64,000 bases of DNA, taken from an uncultured archaeon. GTDB taxonomy: Archaea; Nanobdellota; Nanobdellia; Pacearchaeales; GW2011-AR1. Positions within the stretch are counted from its first letter, which is position 1; every line of letters begins with the position of its first letter. The notes beneath the pieces are model-generated. The model was not told the origin of the DNA. It did no database searches and saw only the letters and a program-made list of their open reading frames with translations. Location: positions 72,674-136,673 of the forward strand of contig CAIPOI010000008.1 in NCBI GenBank assembly GCA_903866625.1, given 5' to 3'. A program made the position numbers and the translations under genes. This document shows positions 26,303 through 35,096 of this stretch, piece by piece.

Positions 26303-26716
26303 ATGGGATATAAATTTTTGAAACACACCGGAGATATTAAGATAAGAGTAAATGAAAAGAATATTGAATTAGCTTTTATTAGTTCAGCTTTTGCTCTCTC
26401 TCAAATTATCACTGATAAAACTAAAATTAATTCAAAGATTTCTAAGAAAATAAAAGTTTCTGGTAATGATATGTCTTCTTTGCTTTATAATTTTCTTGAA
26501 GAGTTTTTGTTTTTGCTTGATGCTAAGGGTTTTATTCTTTCAGAAATAATTAATTTTAAGATAGACAAGAAAAAGTTTTTGATTATATGCGAGGTTTTAG
26601 GAGATAAATCTAAAAATTATAAATTTACTAATGATGTTAAAGCTATAACTTATCATGAGATGAAGATTGAGCAGAAAAATAATTATTCAGTTATAGAGTT
26701 TGTATTGGATGTTTGA
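26303..26716 (+). CDS. Archease (RtcB activator)
   Basis: 137 aa. N-terminal ..FLKHTGDIKIRV.. (HT[AG]D motif) and C-terminal ..AITYHEMKIE..  Immediately upstream of rtcB. Confidence 0.85.
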   Translation: MGYKFLKHTGDIKIRVNEKNIELAFISSAFALSQIITDKTKINSKISKKIKVSGNDMSSLLYNFLEEFLFLLDAKGFILSEIINFKIDKKKFLIICEVLGDKSKNYKFTNDVKAITYHEMKIEQKNNYSVIEFVLDV

Positions 26717-26761
26717 TTGGTGTTTAGATAGAATTTTAAATCAAGTTTTCTTAGGTTTTTT

Positions 26762-28135
26762 ATGGGAATAAAAAAAATTTCAGAATTTGAATGGGAGATT
26801 CCTAAGCAAGGAAAGATGAAAGTACCTGGAAGGATTTTTGCTAGCGAAAAATTGCTTAAAGACATTCAAAGAGATAAAACTTTAGAGCAGGTTAAAAATG
26901 TCGCTTGTCTTCCGGGAATAATTGGCTCAAGTATGGCTATGATGGATAGTCATCAGGGCTATGGTTTCCCAATAGGTGGAGTTGCTGCTTTTGATTTAGA
27001 TTCAGGAGTTATTTCTCCCGGTGGAGTAGGTTATGATATTAATTGTTCAGTTAGACTTCTTAGAACTAATTTAACTTTAAAAGATATTGAAAAGAAAAAG
27101 AAAGAAGTAATTCAAAAACTTTTTCAACAGGTGCCTTCGGGCGTTGGTGAAGAGGGAAGGATAAAACTTTCTAAACAAGAACTTGATGAGGTTCTTAAGT
27201 TGGGTGCTAAATGGGCGGTTGATAAGGGTTATGGGAAGAAAAATGATTTAACTAACACCGAAGAAGGGGGTTGTATGAAAGATGCAAATCCTAATTATGT
27301 AAGCCAGAGAGCAAAATCGAGAGGTATTCCTCAATTAGGTAGTCTTGGGGCTGGAAATCATTTCTTAGAAATTCAGATGGTTGATTCTGTTTATGACGAA
27401 AAAATGGCTAAGGAATTTGGATTAGAAAAAGGTATGATAACTATTATGATTCACTGCGGTTCGAGAGGATTAGGACATCAGGTAGCTTCTGATTATATTA
27501 AACTGATGGAAAAAGAATATGGTTTTCCTGAAGAAGATAGAGAATTAGTTAATGCCCCAATAAATTCTGAACTTGGCAAAAAATATTTTTCTGCTATGAG
27601 TTGTGCTGCTAATTTTGCTTTTGCTAATAAACAACTAATTACTCATTGGGTAAGAGAGACTATGAAAAGTATTTTTTCTAATTTTTCTGCAGAAGTAGTT
27701 TATGATATCTGTCATAATATTGCGAAGAAAGAAAAACATACTATTGACGGAAAAGAAAAAGATATTCTTGTAATGAGAAAAGGAGCAACTAGGGCTTTTG
27801 ATAAACAACCAGTTATTATTCCTGGAAGTATGGGTAGTGCTAGTTATGTTTTAGTTGGAACTAAAAAAGCCGAAGAAATTAGTTTTTCAAGTACAGCTCA
27901 TGGTGCTGGAAGAGTTGAGAGTAGAACTCAAGCAAATAAAGAACTAAGTCCTGAAAAGATTATTGAGCAGTTGAATAAAAAAGGAATTGATATTGTTTCT
28001 GGAAGTAGAAAAGGTATTGTTGAAGAAGCTCCAGAAGTTTACAAAGATATTGACGAAGTTGTAAGAACAAGTGATAAGCTAGGAATAGCAAAGTTAGTTG
28101 CTAAGGTTATTCCTCTTGCGGTTATGAAGGGATAA
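26762..28135 (+). CDS. rtcB: RNA-splicing ligase RtcB
   Basis: ..GYDINCSVR.., ..GAGNHFLEIQ.., ..HCGSRGLGHQV.., ..STAHGAGR.. are conserved RtcB metal/GTP-site motifs. No intein-sized insert. Confidence 0.95.
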   Translation: MGIKKISEFEWEIPKQGKMKVPGRIFASEKLLKDIQRDKTLEQVKNVACLPGIIGSSMAMMDSHQGYGFPIGGVAAFDLDSGVISPGGVGYDINCSVRLLRTNLTLKDIEKKKKEVIQKLFQQVPSGVGEEGRIKLSKQELDEVLKLGAKWAVDKGYGKKNDLTNTEEGGCMKDANPNYVSQRAKSRGIPQLGSLGAGNHFLEIQMVDSVYDEKMAKEFGLEKGMITIMIHCGSRGLGHQVASDYIKLMEKEYGFPEEDRELVNAPINSELGKKYFSAMSCAANFAFANKQLITHWVRETMKSIFSNFSAEVVYDICHNIAKKEKHTIDGKEKDILVMRKGATRAFDKQPVIIPGSMGSASYVLVGTKKAEEISFSSTAHGAGRVESRTQANKELSPEKIIEQLNKKGIDIVSGSRKGIVEEAPEVYKDIDEVVRTSDKLGIAKLVAKVIPLAVMKG

Positions 28136-28244
28136 AAAATAAATCACAAAATAAAAAAGGTTTATAAACGCTTTTATCCTTGATAAAATATGAAAATTGA
28201 CAACAATTTTCAATTACTCATTTAAAGAGGTTAAATTTCGTAAG

Positions 28245-30530
28245 ATGAAAAAGAAAGGTGTGATGTTAGGATTTTTTATTTTAATTAGTCTTATAATTTT
28301 TAGCAGTAGTTTTGGTTTTGTGAGTGCTTGGACAAATACTGGCGGGGGGGATCATAGTGGCCAGAATTGGATTATTTCTTCAAATACGTTTGTTGCTGGA
28401 GTTCATACTAATGTTGGGAATTTTACAATTCCTTCGGGAATAATAGTTTCGGTTAAACCCTATGATGGAACTACTTATGGTTCTTTTGAAGTTCATGCGA
28501 GTAATATTACTGTGGCTGGAACTTTAAATGCATCTGGCGCAGGTTATGGTGGCGGCGGAGGTGGCGGAGGCGGTGCAAGTGGTTGTAATTGTGTGATTTC
28601 GGGTTCAAGTTCAGGAGGTTATGGTTTTGCTGATGGTTCTAATGGTAATAGTGGTGGAGGTAGTAGATTTCAACAGGGTTGTAGTGAAAATGGAAATACT
28701 AATATTTGTGGTGGAGCTACAGCGGGTGCTGGAGGAGCGGGGGGAGGTCCTTCTGGTGGTTTTGGAGGAGCAGGTGGAACTCCCAAGAATAATTGTATAA
28801 CTACTAATGCTAATTCTCCTTGGTATGGGTCTTTGGGAGGGGATGGAAGTTCTGGAAGATATTGTAATACTTCTTCTTCAAATATAACTTCTTTATGTGA
28901 TAGTTCTAGTGATGAAACATTAAGAATGGGCTCTGGTGGTGGAGGAGCAGGCGGAGGGGGTGGCGGTCAAACTTGGTCTGGAAATATTTATAGTGGTGGA
29001 GGGGGTGGAGCTGGAAATGCAGGAGGGGGAATAATCAAACTTTATGCAGATAATAATATTTCAGTGATTGGAAATATTTATTCTTTTGGTAATAATGCGG
29101 GCAGTGGTAATGGTGCTACTGGTCGTAATGGTAATTTAGAATCTGGAGGTCAATATCAATCTAGACCTGGGGGGGCAGGAGGAAATGCTTCATATTCTGG
29201 TTCTAGTTCAGGAGGTTATGGGCAGGGTTCTGGAGGTTCTGGGGGTCCTGGAGCAGGCGGAGGAATTTTATTAAAGGCTCAAGTTGTAAAAATTACTGGA
29301 ACAATAAATAATGCTGGAAGAACAACTTCTGCTAAAGATTATGGCGGAACTTTTAAGGTATTTACTTGCCCTAATGAATTTAATCTTGCTCTGTCAGGAA
29401 CTAATTATGTTCAAACAGGTAGAAATTATACTAGCACATTTACTTGTACAGCTCCTGTTGTTCCAACGATAGTTAGTTCTTCTTGGAATGCCTCTGCAAT
29501 TACTTTGATTGATAGTGTTAAACTTACTGCTGTTGGAAGCGACTTAAGTGGAAATTTTAAATTTGATATTTTTAATCTTGAAAAAACTCTTATTAATACT
29601 AATACCTTGCAAGCATTTAATAGCACTCAAGCAAATATGACTTGGAGTCCTACTACTATTGGAACTTATTTCTTTAATGTCACTTTAATTTCTTCAGGAC
29701 AGGTTTTAACTTCAGGACAACTTATCGTTTCTTTGGCAACAAGAACACAAAATTGCGATCTTTCTAGCGTGGATAATTCTTTACCTGCTAATGCAGTTTG
29801 GAATGATTACAGTAATGGAGTGTTTACTCAAACTTATGATTCAAGTAATGTTTGGACTCCAACAACTTACTCTGCAAACTATAACTTAACTCAGGGGATA
29901 TGTAATTTTAAATGTAAAAATTCTAGTTATGAATGGAATGGTTCTGCTTGTAATTTAGTTCAGAAATATATTAACTTTTGCTGGGATTTAACTACTCAAA
30001 AGAGTTGTGAAGATGCTTCTCAAAAGATTGCTAAAAATAGTATTGGCGGAGTTTTGGGTAGTTATTGTGGAAAGACCGATATAAAGCTAGATAATTGTTA
30101 CTATAGTGCTTCTTGTAGTTGTGTTTGGATTATTAATGAAAGCAATTCTAATGGTGGAACTTGTACTAATGAGTCTATTTATTATACTAAAAATAGTGGT
30201 CAAACTTCTTGTAGTGCCGAAAATTTCTTATGTAAAATTTCCTCAAATGTAGATAATAGTGGTTGTAGTTCTAATTTAGATACTATCACTGTTAATCAAA
30301 ATGCTTTGTGGTCTGGAAGTTCTTCGATAGCAGAACAGGCCGCATGTAAAACCTCAACTCAAACTTTTGCTTGTCCTGCTAGTTATAAACTTAGTTTTAG
30401 TTCAGATATTGGTTTGATTCTTCTTGTGCTTGTAATTATTTTTATTTACATATTTGCTCTTAAAAAGAAAAATAAAGTTTCAGAAGAGATTTTAAAGATT
30501 GGACACCTAAAAAAAATTAAGAAAAAATAG
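28245..30530 (+). CDS. Glycine-rich surface protein with C-terminal TM anchor (putative beta-helical adhesin)
   Basis: Signal peptide MKKKGVMLGFFILISLIIFSSSFGFVSA (start chosen at the first ATG; the track ORF starts at TTG 28197). About 350 aa of GGxGG tracts are interrupted by short beta-strand-like segments (ITVAGTLNASG, GGIIKLYADNNISVIGNIYSFG, GGILLKAQVVKITGTINNAG). Cys-rich C-terminal half, TM, Lys-rich tail. Confidence 0.75.
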   Translation: MKKKGVMLGFFILISLIIFSSSFGFVSAWTNTGGGDHSGQNWIISSNTFVAGVHTNVGNFTIPSGIIVSVKPYDGTTYGSFEVHASNITVAGTLNASGAGYGGGGGGGGGASGCNCVISGSSSGGYGFADGSNGNSGGGSRFQQGCSENGNTNICGGATAGAGGAGGGPSGGFGGAGGTPKNNCITTNANSPWYGSLGGDGSSGRYCNTSSSNITSLCDSSSDETLRMGSGGGGAGGGGGGQTWSGNIYSGGGGGAGNAGGGIIKLYADNNISVIGNIYSFGNNAGSGNGATGRNGNLESGGQYQSRPGGAGGNASYSGSSSGGYGQGSGGSGGPGAGGGILLKAQVVKITGTINNAGRTTSAKDYGGTFKVFTCPNEFNLALSGTNYVQTGRNYTSTFTCTAPVVPTIVSSSWNASAITLIDSVKLTAVGSDLSGNFKFDIFNLEKTLINTNTLQAFNSTQANMTWSPTTIGTYFFNVTLISSGQVLTSGQLIVSLATRTQNCDLSSVDNSLPANAVWNDYSNGVFTQTYDSSNVWTPTTYSANYNLTQGICNFKCKNSSYEWNGSACNLVQKYINFCWDLTTQKSCEDASQKIAKNSIGGVLGSYCGKTDIKLDNCYYSASCSCVWIINESNSNGGTCTNESIYYTKNSGQTSCSAENFLCKISSNVDNSGCSSNLDTITVNQNALWSGSSSIAEQAACKTSTQTFACPASYKLSFSSDIGLILLVLVIIFIYIFALKKKNKVSEEILKIGHLKKIKKK
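28540..29270 (+). repeat. Low-complexity GGN-codon tracts (coding poly-Gly), local GC spike
   Basis: Runs such as GGTGGCGGCGGAGGTGGCGGAGGCGGT. In frame within the CDS. Confidence 0.8.
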
Positions 30531-30577
30531 TTTAATTATCACTTCATTATCATCTATAAAAGAGGAAAAAAGAGATT

Positions 30578-33355
30578 ATGCCTAATATGAGAACTCGATT
30601 GAATTTTATTTCATTAGTTTTTGTATTCTTAATTCTATTATTTATTTTTTCTTTTTCTTTAGTTTCTGCTTTTTCTAGTAACAATGTTGGAAAGATAGAT
30701 AATATGAGTTTTTCGAGCTATGTACCAAACCAAACAGATTATTCCCCTGGAGAGAATATTAAGGGCAGTGTTAATATAAGTCTTAATTCCGAATCTTCAA
30801 ATTCTTCTATAGATTTTTATTCTGGCACAAAAAAACTTAGTTCAATGAATTTATTAGATTTTTTAGTCAATTCAGGTTTATCAACTGGTTCAGGTATATA
30901 TTTTTGTAACCCCTCTAGTTGCGAGGATAGTTATTCTAGTTCAGATAGCGGAGAAACTATCAAAAGTTTTTCCTTAACTAGCGGAAAAAACCTAACTTTA
31001 GGTATTAAACTTACCTCAAATCCCAAGACAGGAGTTACAGGAATAAATAATTTTACAATAAATATTTCTTCTGATGCTGTGGAAAGTTGTTCGGTTCCAT
31101 TAAAAATAGAAATCCCTGAAGGGGGATTATCGTTTATGCCCTCTACAGTTGGAAATAGTTATTGCACTCCAGAGAATTATGCTTGTTTTGGGTTCACTAA
31201 CTCTCAGCAGATAAATATTTTATCGGATGCAAAATACTGCTCAATTATTTCAGTAAACTCTGGGGCGGCTATTGATGTTGGCGCAGATTTGGTAGGGGAT
31301 GGTGCAGCACAGTTTCAGTTTAGCATAGATAGTAAATCTTGTTTAGCTAATTTTACCTCTTCTCAAACAGGTCAAGCTAAGGCAATTTGTAGAATTGATA
31401 AAGCCATAGTTGAGCCAACAAATTTAACTCTTTGTATGACTAAAAAAAGTGGAGGAACTTATAATATTTTTTATAGAGATAGTGATGATTGTGCTTCTAT
31501 TCAAAGGCCTTCTGAGGAAGCAACTCTCGGAGGATTATCTTTATTTATCAAACCCTTAAATTATGCTTCTCCAGGGGCATTAATAATTAATTCAACTTCA
31601 AATCCTTCTATACTTAGTGGAATTAAAAGTTATTTATCTGATAATTATGATTCTAATTGTTCGCTTGGATGTTTTGTTCCTATTAAATTTTCTTCTAATA
31701 GTGTTCAAAATTTACAACTATCTAAGTTTAATTTAAGTTATAATGCAGGTACTTCAAATGCAAATCTTATTTATGAACTCAAGAAAGTGAATCCTACTAT
31801 TACTATGAATTTTACTAAATTTAATCTTGATAGTTCTGGTTTTATTGTTCCTTCCACACCAGGGAATTATACTTTATATCTCAAGTTAAATGGAGTTAAT
31901 TTTTATAAGAATACCCTAAATGTTTTAGATGTTCCTTCTGTAGTAGATATTTTTCCTAAAGAGGTTCCAGCTGGTGTAAAATTCAAAATAAATGTTCTAA
32001 GTAATAATAGCGAAGGGATTGTAGAAAAATATGTTTTTAATTTTAGTGATGGTAATAGCTCATTTGAAACTTCTGTTCCTTATGTAGAACATACTTTTAA
32101 AACAACAGGTAGCTATGCAGTTAGTATCTATGCAATTAGCACAATAGGGCAGTCTGCTTTGAAAACATTTAGTATTGTTGCTTCTTCCCCTGGAGATTAT
32201 ATTAATTCTACACTTAAAACTGAAAAATTAAAACTTGAGACACTTAAATCTAAATTAAATCTTCTTCCAGCAGTTGTTAAATCTGCTCTGGAAACTAAAC
32301 TTAATATCACTGCTGTTTCTGATCAACTTACTTCCTTAGGTATAGATTATAACACCTCATCAGGTAGTGATGAAGAAGAAATAAGAATAGCTGGAGAATT
32401 AAGTGCTATAACTTTGCCTGATTCAATTAATATCACTAAAAGTGCTAGTGGAAAATTCTTGTTTGATAGTAAGAAGATAACTTTAGAAGATTTAAATGCC
32501 GCTTCAGGAGAAGATTTTGGAACTAATCTTGGAATGGTTCAAAATGCAATCTTTGGTTGGTATATTGAAAATTTAAATAGCGATGCAAACATTGAGGAAT
32601 ACTCAGCAATTTATGATAAAACTAGTATGATCCTCGGATCTTATGTTAATCTTAAACTAACTCCTAAAAGTGATATCAATGATTTATTTGGGGTTATAAA
32701 TTCTTTATCCATGCAAGGAATATTGGATACAAAACCAACTTCTGCAGGAAAAAGTTTTTCCTTATCCCCTTTATCTGCGAATTCTGTTAAGAATATAGAG
32801 TTTTTTATAAATGAACAAACTGATTTAATTAACCTTCCAATATACTTTTTTCCAGCTAAGAGTCAACTTGTTTTAGTTGATAAAATAGGGATTTGTAATT
32901 ATAATAGTATTTGTGAATCTTCTCGCGGAGAAAACAATAGTAACTGCAATTATGATTGTAAACCCTGGAGTAAAATAATTTTGGCTTGGATTATAGTTCT
33001 CATTGTTTTTTTTATTGTTTACATAGTTGCTCAAGAATGGTATAAACGTCATTATGAGGGTAGTTTATTTAAGAATAGTGATGATTTGTACAATATGATT
33101 AATTTTATTGATAATGCTACTAAGCAGAATTTAGATAAATCTAAGATTTTTACAAATTTAAAGGAAAAATCTTGGAGCTCTGAGCAAATAGAATATGCTT
33201 ATAGAAAATATCTCGGAAAAAGAACTGGGATGTTTGAAATACCTTTATTCAAATTTTTTGAGAATCGTAAAGTCGAGAAAGAAATTGGTTTGAGGAAATA
33301 CGTTCCTAACCAAAATATTGCACCCAAGCCGTCAATAAACTTTTCAAATAGCTAA
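30578..33355 (+). CDS. Large surface protein with PKD-like domain, single TM and ~130-aa cytoplasmic tail
   Basis: Signal peptide ..ILLFIFSFSLVSA. PKD-like ..YVFNFSDGNSSFETSVPYVEHTFKTTGSYAVSIYAIS... Cys-rich stalk CNYNSICESS..CNYDC. TM WIIVLIVFFIVYIV, then a helical tail. Confidence 0.8.
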   Translation: MPNMRTRLNFISLVFVFLILLFIFSFSLVSAFSSNNVGKIDNMSFSSYVPNQTDYSPGENIKGSVNISLNSESSNSSIDFYSGTKKLSSMNLLDFLVNSGLSTGSGIYFCNPSSCEDSYSSSDSGETIKSFSLTSGKNLTLGIKLTSNPKTGVTGINNFTINISSDAVESCSVPLKIEIPEGGLSFMPSTVGNSYCTPENYACFGFTNSQQINILSDAKYCSIISVNSGAAIDVGADLVGDGAAQFQFSIDSKSCLANFTSSQTGQAKAICRIDKAIVEPTNLTLCMTKKSGGTYNIFYRDSDDCASIQRPSEEATLGGLSLFIKPLNYASPGALIINSTSNPSILSGIKSYLSDNYDSNCSLGCFVPIKFSSNSVQNLQLSKFNLSYNAGTSNANLIYELKKVNPTITMNFTKFNLDSSGFIVPSTPGNYTLYLKLNGVNFYKNTLNVLDVPSVVDIFPKEVPAGVKFKINVLSNNSEGIVEKYVFNFSDGNSSFETSVPYVEHTFKTTGSYAVSIYAISTIGQSALKTFSIVASSPGDYINSTLKTEKLKLETLKSKLNLLPAVVKSALETKLNITAVSDQLTSLGIDYNTSSGSDEEEIRIAGELSAITLPDSINITKSASGKFLFDSKKITLEDLNAASGEDFGTNLGMVQNAIFGWYIENLNSDANIEEYSAIYDKTSMILGSYVNLKLTPKSDINDLFGVINSLSMQGILDTKPTSAGKSFSLSPLSANSVKNIEFFINEQTDLINLPIYFFPAKSQLVLVDKIGICNYNSICESSRGENNSNCNYDCKPWSKIILAWIIVLIVFFIVYIVAQEWYKRHYEGSLFKNSDDLYNMINFIDNATKQNLDKSKIFTNLKEKSWSSEQIEYAYRKYLGKRTGMFEIPLFKFFENRKVEKEIGLRKYVPNQNIAPKPSINFSNS

Positions 33356-33446
33356 AATACTATAGTCTTAACAAAATAAAGATTTAAAAACAATAAAAAT
33401 AAACTAATATTAAGCTAAATCAAGGCTAAAACAAAAACGAGGCAAA

Positions 33447-34094
33447 ATGGTGTTAAAAATTTTAACTAATTTTTTTAAGAGAATATTTTCTGAGATGTTT
33501 AAAGGAAAAACCAATATTAGTATTGGTTTCTATGGTCCGCCTAATGCTGGTAAAACTAGCTTAGCAAATCGAATATGCAAAGATTGGACTGGTGAAGAGA
33601 TTGGGACTGTTTCAAGAGTTCCTCATGAAACCAGAAAAGTTCAGTTTAGAGAAAAAGTAGATATTAAATACAAAGAGAATCAACTTACCTTTAAACTTGT
33701 CGATACTCCAGGAATTGCTACTAAGATTGATTACGAAGATTTTATGAAGTTTAAGATGAAAAAGAAAGAAGCACAGAGTAGAGCTAAAGAAGCTACACAA
33801 GGAATTATAGAATCTATTAAATGGTTAGATGATGTTGATGCGGTAGTCGTGGTTGTAGATTCAACAGAAAATCCTTATTCTCAAGTAAATGTTACGATTA
33901 TTGGTAATTTGGTTGCTAGAAAAATACCAGTTCTAATTGTGGCTAATAAAATTGATTCTAGAAAGTCAGATATTAAAAAATGCGAAGATGCTTTTCCAGA
34001 ATATGATGTTGTAGGAATATCTGCTAAATATGGAACAAACATGGAAGAATTTTACGAGTCTTTATTTAAATTAGCTAAGAAAGTTAAAAAATAA
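33447..34094 (+). CDS. Small GTP-binding protein (TRAFAC-class)
   Basis: G1 GPPNAGKTS, G3 DTPG, G4 NKID, G5 SAK. 215 aa. Confidence 0.85.
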   Translation: MVLKILTNFFKRIFSEMFKGKTNISIGFYGPPNAGKTSLANRICKDWTGEEIGTVSRVPHETRKVQFREKVDIKYKENQLTFKLVDTPGIATKIDYEDFMKFKMKKKEAQSRAKEATQGIIESIKWLDDVDAVVVVVDSTENPYSQVNVTIIGNLVARKIPVLIVANKIDSRKSDIKKCEDAFPEYDVVGISAKYGTNMEEFYESLFKLAKKVKK

Positions 34095-34127
34095 ATAACG
34101 ATATAAAAAAGGGAGGAAAAGAACAAT

Positions 34128-34337
34128 ATGAAAAGTTGGTTGAAGGGGGGAATTATTGGGTTGATAATCTCAATAGTTTTATCTGCTCTAATTATGTTTA
34201 CTCCTATGTTGGGTTCAGATTATCGTTATGGCTATCAGATCTCATTTATTCCATTTATTATCCTAGTATTTGTCGTTTTTGGATTAATCATTGGTGCGGT
34301 AGTTGGTAAAATTAAATCTAGAAATGATGCAAACTAA
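34128..34337 (+). CDS. Small two-TM membrane protein (69 aa)
   Basis: Two hydrophobic helices. GGAGG-like sequence upstream (AAGGGAGGAAAAG). Confidence 0.5.
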   Translation: MKSWLKGGIIGLIISIVLSALIMFTPMLGSDYRYGYQISFIPFIILVFVVFGLIIGAVVGKIKSRNDAN

Positions 34338-34341
34338 AAAA

Positions 34342-34749
34342 ATGAGCAAGAATAAAAATAAATCTAAGCATGAAGCATTAACCCTGCAGTTTATACCATT
34401 TTCAGAGATTGAAAAATTGGATTCTACTGCAAGAATAAGAAAATTATTGGAAATCGTTCTTAATAATAAAATCATCGTTATACAGGGAAAGTTAAGGGCA
34501 GAAGAAGAAACAAGGCTTATTGAGGATACTATGGTTATGGTTGGTAAGGTTAAAGGGTTTAGGGGTATAGAGCTTGCGGTTGTAAGCCCTAATGCTAAAG
34601 AAAGAGATTTTATGAGTAAGGTAAAGCATGGTATTGCTAATGCTCTTGTTGGACAAACAGACTCGCTTACCATAATTGGTCCGGCTGCTATTATTAAGGA
34701 TATGAAGCGAGATCCTAGAAAGCTTGAAGTTATGATGAGTGGAAGATAA
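34342..34749 (+). CDS. Conserved archaeal protein, DUF2073-like (start uncertain: 34303/34324/34342)
   Basis: ..LTLQFIPFSEIEKLDSTARIRKLLEIVLNNKIIVIQGKLRAEEETRLIEDTM.. matches my memory of the DUF2073 family, which accompanies a GTPase and a Zn-ribbon protein in archaea. Unverified. Confidence 0.55.
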   Translation: MSKNKNKSKHEALTLQFIPFSEIEKLDSTARIRKLLEIVLNNKIIVIQGKLRAEEETRLIEDTMVMVGKVKGFRGIELAVVSPNAKERDFMSKVKHGIANALVGQTDSLTIIGPAAIIKDMKRDPRKLEVMMSGR

Positions 34750-35096
34750 ATTTATATAAGATATAACAACACTCGCCTCACTAAAGTTCGGCTCGCTTAT
34801 TACCTGCTCACTTAACTGCACAAGTTCGTTAAGTTCGCTAATTCTTCTTGATAATTGATATCCTCTAATTGCGAAACAGCTATTTAGATAGTTATTTTAT
34901 TCTTTCTCGTAAAGTTTTATAAACTTGGCTTTTCTTGAGATAGTATAAAAATAGGTTAATATCTATGGGGCAATAACATTCCAATGAAATTCCGAAAAAT
35001 AAATACGAGGTATACTATTAATTAGTATTTTTCAAAATTCTGATGTCATCCCCCAATTCATATATAAGAATTAAATTAATCATGCTAAATTGAAAG

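Noticed and set aside
28540-29270. Repetitive GGN tracts considered as a CRISPR-like or microsatellite array.
   Set aside because: There is no repeat-spacer periodicity. The tracts are in frame within a long ORF and simply encode poly-Gly.
12707-33355. Looked for a diversity-generating retroelement (template/variable repeat pair plus reverse transcriptase) targeting the large surface proteins, as reported for some DPANN archaea.
   Set aside because: No reverse-transcriptase-like ORF in the window. I found no A-to-N mismatched repeat pair. The only dispersed repeat (1-175 vs 15447-15627) differs by ordinary substitutions in the TM anchor.
34729-34735. AUGAUGA (C-box-like) at the end of the DUF2073-like gene. 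Considered as a C/D-box sRNA.
   Set aside because: No D box (CUGA) at an appropriate distance and no terminal stem. The motif lies inside the coding sequence.
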